Below are positions 24,275-29,771 of a stretch of DNA of 29,771 nt, piece by piece (the stretch's first letter is position 1; each line of letters starts with the position of its first letter). The position numbers and the translations under genes were made by a program. The notes beneath the pieces are model-generated. The model saw only the letters and a program-made list of their open reading frames with translations, searched no databases and was not told the DNA's origin. This DNA comes from a virus. Lineage: Duplodnaviria > Caudoviricetes. The stretch is from positions 1-29,771 of the IMG/VR virus record IMGVR_UViG_3300044676_000858, one strand, 5' to 3'.

Positions 24275-27200
24275 TGAAGAATGGATTAACAACGGTTCCT
24301 CAGATTGCAGCGTCAAGAGGCGCACAGCTTTCAGAATCACCTTCGTTTATGGATACTGTAGGCGCAACACTGGCTTACCGTTACGATCCACTCATTGACT
24401 TCATTGAGGAGCAGTCACGCTTTGGTACATATGATTTACCAGAAGAAGGGTTCTCTGCTTTAGACAATATATCAGAAGATTTAAAACCATATTCTTCTAC
24501 GCTTCTTCGAGCTACTAACCAAGAGCATCTTAACTTTCTAGAAACACAGATGCGTCAGTCATTAGAGACAAGGCAAACATTAGCTGAGTCTGGCTTTGGT
24601 GCGCAGTTTGCTGCTGAGGTATTTGATCCTATCAATTGGGTTGCCATTCCACTTAGCCGTGGTCTGTCTGTCAGTCGTGCAGCCCTTCAGTCTGGCACAG
24701 GAACGGCTGCTATTGTGGCAGGTCAGGAAGCATTACGTTATCCATTTGATCCGTTGGCAACGCCAGAGGAAGCACAGTTTAGTGTTGGTGCCTCATTTGT
24801 ATTTGGTGGGATGCTTGGTGGATTGACACGTATTCCAATGTCCCGCCGAGCAAGAGCCATTCAAGAAGCTGAAACAGAAATACAAAACTTTAGACAGGCA
24901 TTGGATTCGGATGATGCAAGCATTGCGCCTAGCATGTTTACTGACTCATGGCTTTACAAGGGCGTAACAACGCCAATGAAGCGCATTCTTCAAGACCAGT
25001 CTATTCCCGATAGTGCGCGTATTACTGCTTTAGAAATTGCAAATGATGCTGGTGTTTTATTGGCAATGAACAAGCAAGGCAAAGCACTACGCCCATCTGT
25101 ATTCCAAAACTCAAAGTTGCTTGAGGGTGAGTGGGTTCAGGCTATGGACGAGATGCTCATTACTTGGGGTGAGTCAACTAAGAAAGGTGTAACTAATCCT
25201 TTAGACTATCACTTTAAACGCCGTGACTTTGAAGACTGGCTGCAAATGGTAGACACTAAGTCTATGAAGGGGATTAAAGCTTCTGATGATTTTGAAGCCA
25301 GGGCGATGGCAACGCTTAATAAGTATTACGATACTTGGGAAATTAGACTAAGAGAACAGGGGATGATTGGTTCATCTCGTTTTTACGGTGATGAGTTAAA
25401 GCGAAAAGAAGCTAAGATAGTAAAGCTGCAAAAGACATTAGATGACTCTGCTGGTAGGGGAACAAAGTCTTTAAAGAATAAACTACAAGGCACAATATCA
25501 AAGCTAACATCGGAAGTAGAAGAATTAAAAGTTTTACTGGATGATGCAAAACAAGAGCCAACAATGCCACGCAATGAGCGCGTATTCCGTCCTCGCTATT
25601 GGGATCGAGACTCTATCTCAGCTAATAGAGATAAGTTTGAGTCGGTATTGTTTAATTGGTTTAAAGATAACCCTGCGCAGCTAACAAGATTTAAAAACGG
25701 TAAGCTAGAAACTATACAGTTATCAACTGGCGAAAACGCAATCAGAAAACGTGTCACTGAGTTAACTGATAATCTTCTTGGCTTGCGTGATGATACTGAC
25801 TTTGACTCAGGATACTTTGGCATTGGTAAGTCAAAGCACATGAAGCATCGAACGATAGACATACCAAACGAACTTGTGTTGGATTTTATAGAAAAAAATC
25901 CAATTAAGATTATGAAAGCATACACTGCTCGAACTGGCACTCGTTATGAGTTTTCTCGTCAGTTTGGCGGCAAGGATATTGATGAAGTTTTAGACGATAC
26001 AATGATTGATTTGCTCTCGTCTGGTATGACAGAGGCAAAAGCTTACTCTGTTCTTCGTGACATGCGCCATATGTATGATCGTGTTTCAGGCAATGCTTTG
26101 CGTAGGGCAGATACTTGGGATGCTACTGTTGCGCAGGTTCTTCGTGATTTAGCGCAGTTAAACTATTTGGGTTCCGCTGGTATCTCTACAATAACTGAGC
26201 CAGCCAAGATGGTTCTTGAGCATGGCTTTGGCCCTACGATGAAGGGCTTGTTTAACATTATGTCAGACAACCAGCTAAAGCTTGGAGCTAAAGAAGCTCG
26301 GATTGCTGGTGAAGCACTTGAGATTATTATGGGTTCTGCTCATTTGCGATTGGTCGATGATCTAAGCAATAATCCATTTAAAGATACTGTCTTTGATAAA
26401 GCTAAGAACTACTTTTATCTAGCTAATGGCTTGGCACCAATTACTCGCATCTTCAAAGACTTTGATGCAATGATGCGCAGCCACACACTCATTGACTACT
26501 CTGTAAGACTAACAAATGGCAACGCAACGCGTATGGAAATGGAATATCTAGCGCGATATAACATAGACGCAGAGGTTGCAGCTGACATTGCAAAGGCGCC
26601 TTGGCAACGTGGCAAATCTGGAATGTATATTGCAAACACTGGCGCGTGGAACAATGCGATACAATTCCCAGAAACCAAAGCCACAATTGTGTCTGGCCCA
26701 ACTGGTCGCAAAAGAAAAGATGGCAGTTATGTTGCTGCTCACTACAATGGAAAAGATAAGATTTTCATTGATGAAGAGTTTATTCGCACTGAGATGTGGA
26801 ATAGCAGGGGTTGGAAGAACCCAAAGATGGAAGGGGTTAATCCAATTCCAGATGGGATTATCAACAGTCCTGATGATTTGGTAGCTTTTGTTAAGATGCA
26901 TGAAATTATGCACACAAGAAATAGCTCTAAAGATTTGGGCTTTGATCGTCGTAAGAAGTCAGACCTTGCTGCATACGAAAATGCTATTAACGATTTGGCT
27001 ATTGCTGAGTTTAGAGCGCAACCCAGAGTAAAAGATGATACCGTTCGTAGATTTAGAACAGCACTTTCTAGCGGTGTAGCTAATACAATTCTTATGGGTA
27101 CACCTGCTGATAAGCCAATTATTACAGATGGTGTTGCTTATATTCCTATGCGTGTGGCTCGTAACTTTGGAATGAAAGAAGATGCTAAGTACAAAGGGTA

Positions 27201-27768
27201 TGCTCGTGTTGAGAGCCAGCTTCTTGGCTTACCGTTTCAGTTCTATAGCTATGCGCTTGCAGCAACAAACAAGATTGCAGCGGCACATGCACATGGTCAG
27301 GTTAAGAGCCAGTTCCTTGGTTTAGCTTTGTCTATGGGTTTAGGCTACATGGTGCTAGACTACAAAACTCCAGACTTTGTTGATCTTTCATTCCAAGATA
27401 AACTGGCACGTTCATTTGATTATTCTGGCACTGCGGCTTTGTATTCAGATTTGTTCTACACAGCAATGTCTACAAGTATGGCATTAGGTGGGCCTAATCT
27501 TACCAATGGATTCTTGCAGCCGCGCTTTCCTCAAAAGCCAAACTTAGGTGAAGCAGCAACAGGGGTGCTAGGTGCGGGGCCATCTATTGGTTTAGATTAT
27601 GGTACAGGAATATACAATCTACTGACTGGCAATGTAGGTGAAGGCACTAAGGAAATAGTAAGAAACCTTCCATTTGCACGAATGTGGTTTTGGAAAGGCA
27701 AAGTAAACGACATTACAAATATGCTTGAAGATGAGTTGGATGGCCCATCTGGATTTGGTCGTTACTAA
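24274..27768 (+). CDS. large internal virion/ejection protein (gp16-like) with HExxH insertion
   Basis: 1164 aa; DPINW and Gly/Ala-rich TM-like N-terminal part, PR.W, FQFYSY, LPF motifs; HEIMH at 26899-26913. Confidence 0.75.
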   Translation: MKNGLTTVPQIAASRGAQLSESPSFMDTVGATLAYRYDPLIDFIEEQSRFGTYDLPEEGFSALDNISEDLKPYSSTLLRATNQEHLNFLETQMRQSLETRQTLAESGFGAQFAAEVFDPINWVAIPLSRGLSVSRAALQSGTGTAAIVAGQEALRYPFDPLATPEEAQFSVGASFVFGGMLGGLTRIPMSRRARAIQEAETEIQNFRQALDSDDASIAPSMFTDSWLYKGVTTPMKRILQDQSIPDSARITALEIANDAGVLLAMNKQGKALRPSVFQNSKLLEGEWVQAMDEMLITWGESTKKGVTNPLDYHFKRRDFEDWLQMVDTKSMKGIKASDDFEARAMATLNKYYDTWEIRLREQGMIGSSRFYGDELKRKEAKIVKLQKTLDDSAGRGTKSLKNKLQGTISKLTSEVEELKVLLDDAKQEPTMPRNERVFRPRYWDRDSISANRDKFESVLFNWFKDNPAQLTRFKNGKLETIQLSTGENAIRKRVTELTDNLLGLRDDTDFDSGYFGIGKSKHMKHRTIDIPNELVLDFIEKNPIKIMKAYTARTGTRYEFSRQFGGKDIDEVLDDTMIDLLSSGMTEAKAYSVLRDMRHMYDRVSGNALRRADTWDATVAQVLRDLAQLNYLGSAGISTITEPAKMVLEHGFGPTMKGLFNIMSDNQLKLGAKEARIAGEALEIIMGSAHLRLVDDLSNNPFKDTVFDKAKNYFYLANGLAPITRIFKDFDAMMRSHTLIDYSVRLTNGNATRMEMEYLARYNIDAEVAADIAKAPWQRGKSGMYIANTGAWNNAIQFPETKATIVSGPTGRKRKDGSYVAAHYNGKDKIFIDEEFIRTEMWNSRGWKNPKMEGVNPIPDGIINSPDDLVAFVKMHEIMHTRNSSKDLGFDRRKKSDLAAYENAINDLAIAEFRAQPRVKDDTVRRFRTALSSGVANTILMGTPADKPIITDGVAYIPMRVARNFGMKEDAKYKGYARVESQLLGLPFQFYSYALAATNKIAAAHAHGQVKSQFLGLALSMGLGYMVLDYKTPDFVDLSFQDKLARSFDYSGTAALYSDLFYTAMSTSMALGGPNLTNGFLQPRFPQKPNLGEAATGVLGAGPSIGLDYGTGIYNLLTGNVGEGTKEIVRNLPFARMWFWKGKVNDITNMLEDELDGPSGFGRY

Positions 27769-27771
27769 CTT

Positions 27772-27808
27772 TTTGTGCGTTGTGCTTATTTTATCTTCTT
27801 TGTAGATT
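27772..27808 (+). promoter_or_regulatory. putative late promoter 4 (tail fibre)
   Basis: TTTGTGCGTTG (27772-27782); TTGTGC-17 bp-TAGATT. Confidence 0.7.
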
Positions 27809-27832
27809 GGCAACAAATCTATAGGTGATAGC

Positions 27833-29644
27833 ATGACAATTAACATATCAGACAATTCTCCTCGTGTGTCATACTCAGTAGCGCAGGGTGTCACTCAAAC
27901 TACGTTTACTGTGTCATTTGAGTTCTTCGACAACGACGATTTGAATGTCTATGTTGATGGCGTCCTTAAGACTCTGACCACTGATTACACTGTCACAGGT
28001 GGTGATGGCTCTACTGGCACCGTTACAATATCTGTTACAGGCGCGTCAGGGGGGTCTACAGTCGTTATTACGCGTGACATTGACCTAGAACGCACAACTG
28101 ACTTTCCCGCTTCTGGAGCCTTTAATATCGCCACGCTCAACACTGAGCTTGATCGTATTATTGCTATTGCTGCTGACCTTGATGACCGTGCTGCTCGCGC
28201 TCTCCAGCTTACAGACTTTGATGCTGCTGCGAACTTAACACTTCCAGAGCTTGATACTCGCAAGGGCAAGACTCTTGCGTTTAATCTAACAACTGGTGCT
28301 GTTGAGGCTGGCCCATCTACTGCTGACGTTCAGTCTGTGTCTGACACTGCTGCTGATATTGCATTGCTTGCAGACATCGAAGATGGAACGCTTGCAACAA
28401 ATGCAATTACCAACGTGAATACAATCCGCACTGATGTAACTACTGTGTCTGGCATTTCATCAAATGTCACAACGGTTGCGGGAAACAACGCCAATGTTAC
28501 TACAGTAGCAACTGATTTAAGTGGATCGGACACAATTGGAACAGTTGCTGGCTCTATTTCAAATGTAAATACTGTTAGTAGTTCAATTGCAGATGTTACA
28601 ACTGTCGCAACTAATTTATCTGGCGCAGATACAATTGGGACGGTGGCAACAAACATTGCAAACGTAAATACTGTTGGGGGTATATCCGCAAACGTAACGA
28701 CTGTTGCTGGCATATCTGCAAACATTACAACTCTTGCTGGACTAACATCTGACATTACAGCGGTGGCGAATGTTGATACTGAGCTTGCTGCGGTAAGCGC
28801 AAAGATTACAGAAGTCCAAACTGTTGCAGATGATCTTAATGAAAGCATTTCTGAGATTGAGACTGTTGCTAACGACTTAACGTCTGGCAGTTTTGTTGCT
28901 GGAAGTGAGTATGACTTTGGATCAATTACTACAGCGACAACAGGTACATCAGGATCGCCTGACGGATTTATAGTTACTGTCTACAATAATCTAAATGACA
29001 TTACTTCTCTTGCTGGTCAGGTATCTAACATCTCAACTCTTGGGTCTATATCGGCAAACATTACGACTGTGGCTGGTATCTCAAGCAATGTGACAACGGT
29101 TGCTGGTATAAGTGCCAATGTCACAAGCGTTGCGGGTGTCAGTGGAAGCATTCCAACTGTGGCAGGTGTGGCAAGTGATGTGTCAACTGTAGCGGGGATT
29201 AGTTCTGCCGTTTCAACTGTTGCTTCAAATGTATCAGGAATAAATAATTTTTCTGAGCGTTATCGGATTGGCACAACTGAGCCATCAACAAGCCTTGATA
29301 CTGGCGATTTGTTTTACAATACTTCTACAACAACTCTCAAGGTTTATAATGGGTCTGCTTGGGAAGCTGGCGTTACTGCTGGGTCAGGTTTCCTTTCTCA
29401 GTCAAGTAACTTGTCTGACTTGCAGAGTGCGGCAACAGCTCGAACAAACTTAGGTTTGGGAACTGCGGCAACATCTGACACTGGAGATTTTGCGGCTGCG
29501 GTACACAATCACGATGCAGACTATGCTGCATTGTCACACACTCATACATTGTCTGACATTACAGACAGTGGAACCATGGCATCTCAGAATGCTAACAACG
29601 TAAACATAACTGGCGGCATCATTGATGGCGGCTCAATCGTGTAA
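27833..29644 (+). CDS. tail fibre protein, T7 gp17-like N-terminal anchor with ~10-aa repeats
   Basis: F...FEFF...DL.VYVDG...DYTV.G...R, LN.ELD; repeated NVTTVAGIS units. Confidence 0.85.
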   Translation: MTINISDNSPRVSYSVAQGVTQTTFTVSFEFFDNDDLNVYVDGVLKTLTTDYTVTGGDGSTGTVTISVTGASGGSTVVITRDIDLERTTDFPASGAFNIATLNTELDRIIAIAADLDDRAARALQLTDFDAAANLTLPELDTRKGKTLAFNLTTGAVEAGPSTADVQSVSDTAADIALLADIEDGTLATNAITNVNTIRTDVTTVSGISSNVTTVAGNNANVTTVATDLSGSDTIGTVAGSISNVNTVSSSIADVTTVATNLSGADTIGTVATNIANVNTVGGISANVTTVAGISANITTLAGLTSDITAVANVDTELAAVSAKITEVQTVADDLNESISEIETVANDLTSGSFVAGSEYDFGSITTATTGTSGSPDGFIVTVYNNLNDITSLAGQVSNISTLGSISANITTVAGISSNVTTVAGISANVTSVAGVSGSIPTVAGVASDVSTVAGISSAVSTVASNVSGINNFSERYRIGTTEPSTSLDTGDLFYNTSTTTLKVYNGSAWEAGVTAGSGFLSQSSNLSDLQSAATARTNLGLGTAATSDTGDFAAAVHNHDADYAALSHTHTLSDITDSGTMASQNANNVNITGGIIDGGSIV

Positions 29645-29654
29645 GGACTGAAAT

Positions 29655-29771
29655 ATGGCAACATCTATTAGATTACGCGGCGGTACAACATCACAGCATT
29701 CAACATTTACTGGTGCTGCCAAAGAAGTTACTGTCGATACAGACAAGAATACAATCGTGGTTCACGATGGT
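29655..29771 (+). CDS. partial tail fibre/receptor-binding protein with Mtd_N-like N-terminus
   Basis: MATSIRLRGGTTSQHSTFTGAAKEVTVDTDKNTIVVHDG, runs off the window; AAGGA RBS. Confidence 0.8.
   Translation, partial: MATSIRLRGGTTSQHSTFTGAAKEVTVDTDKNTIVVHDG

Noticed and set aside
11694-28848. Numerous minus-strand ORFs within structural genes
   Set aside because: Antisense shadows with no RBS or motifs
28420-29240. CRISPR-like or DNA tandem array
   Set aside because: Repeats are ~10-aa protein repeats with variable synonymous codons; no repeat-spacer structure
29655-29771. Diversity-generating retroelement suggested by Mtd_N and BPP-1-like genes
   Set aside because: No reverse transcriptase, avd or TR/VR pair in the window; Mtd_N occurs widely without DGRs
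1-29771. Prophage boundaries, integrase, att sites or host genes
   Set aside because: None recognised; the whole window is phage-like

Overview
The window holds most of the genome of a tailed (podovirus-type) bacteriophage, probably marine and alphaproteobacterial; a Rhodobacteraceae host is inferred, not shown. Left to right: the end of the late operon (membrane proteins, two holin-like genes, M15 peptidase endolysin; 1-1899, +); a leftward early arm (1817-9067, -) with an SSB-like protein, ERF, GIY-YIG nuclease, YqaJ exonuclease, Holliday junction resolvase, several HTH proteins and DUF932; a ~470-bp divergent control region (9068-9537); and a rightward packaging/structural arm (terS, small basic proteins, terL, portal, scaffold, capsid, tail tubes A/B, three ejection proteins, tail fibre, start of an Mtd_N-type fibre). 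No DNA polymerase, primase/helicase, RNA polymerase or integrase is recognisable. The most unusual signals are non-coding: (1) a ~360-nt rod-like imperfect inverted repeat (9021-9378) that covers the RBS/start of the first early gene and whose G-T pairs all favour folding of the + strand; (2) three recurring regulatory motifs (CTGCA-N4-TGCAG at early promoters, GTGACG-N3-CGTCAC, and TTTGTGCGTTG ahead of late operons); (3) G-rich repeats bracketing terS; (4) a nested double-motif RNA leader on the capsid gene. In addition, the largest ejection protein carries an HExxH metallopeptidase-like insertion. Family names are from motif recognition by eye, not database searches.
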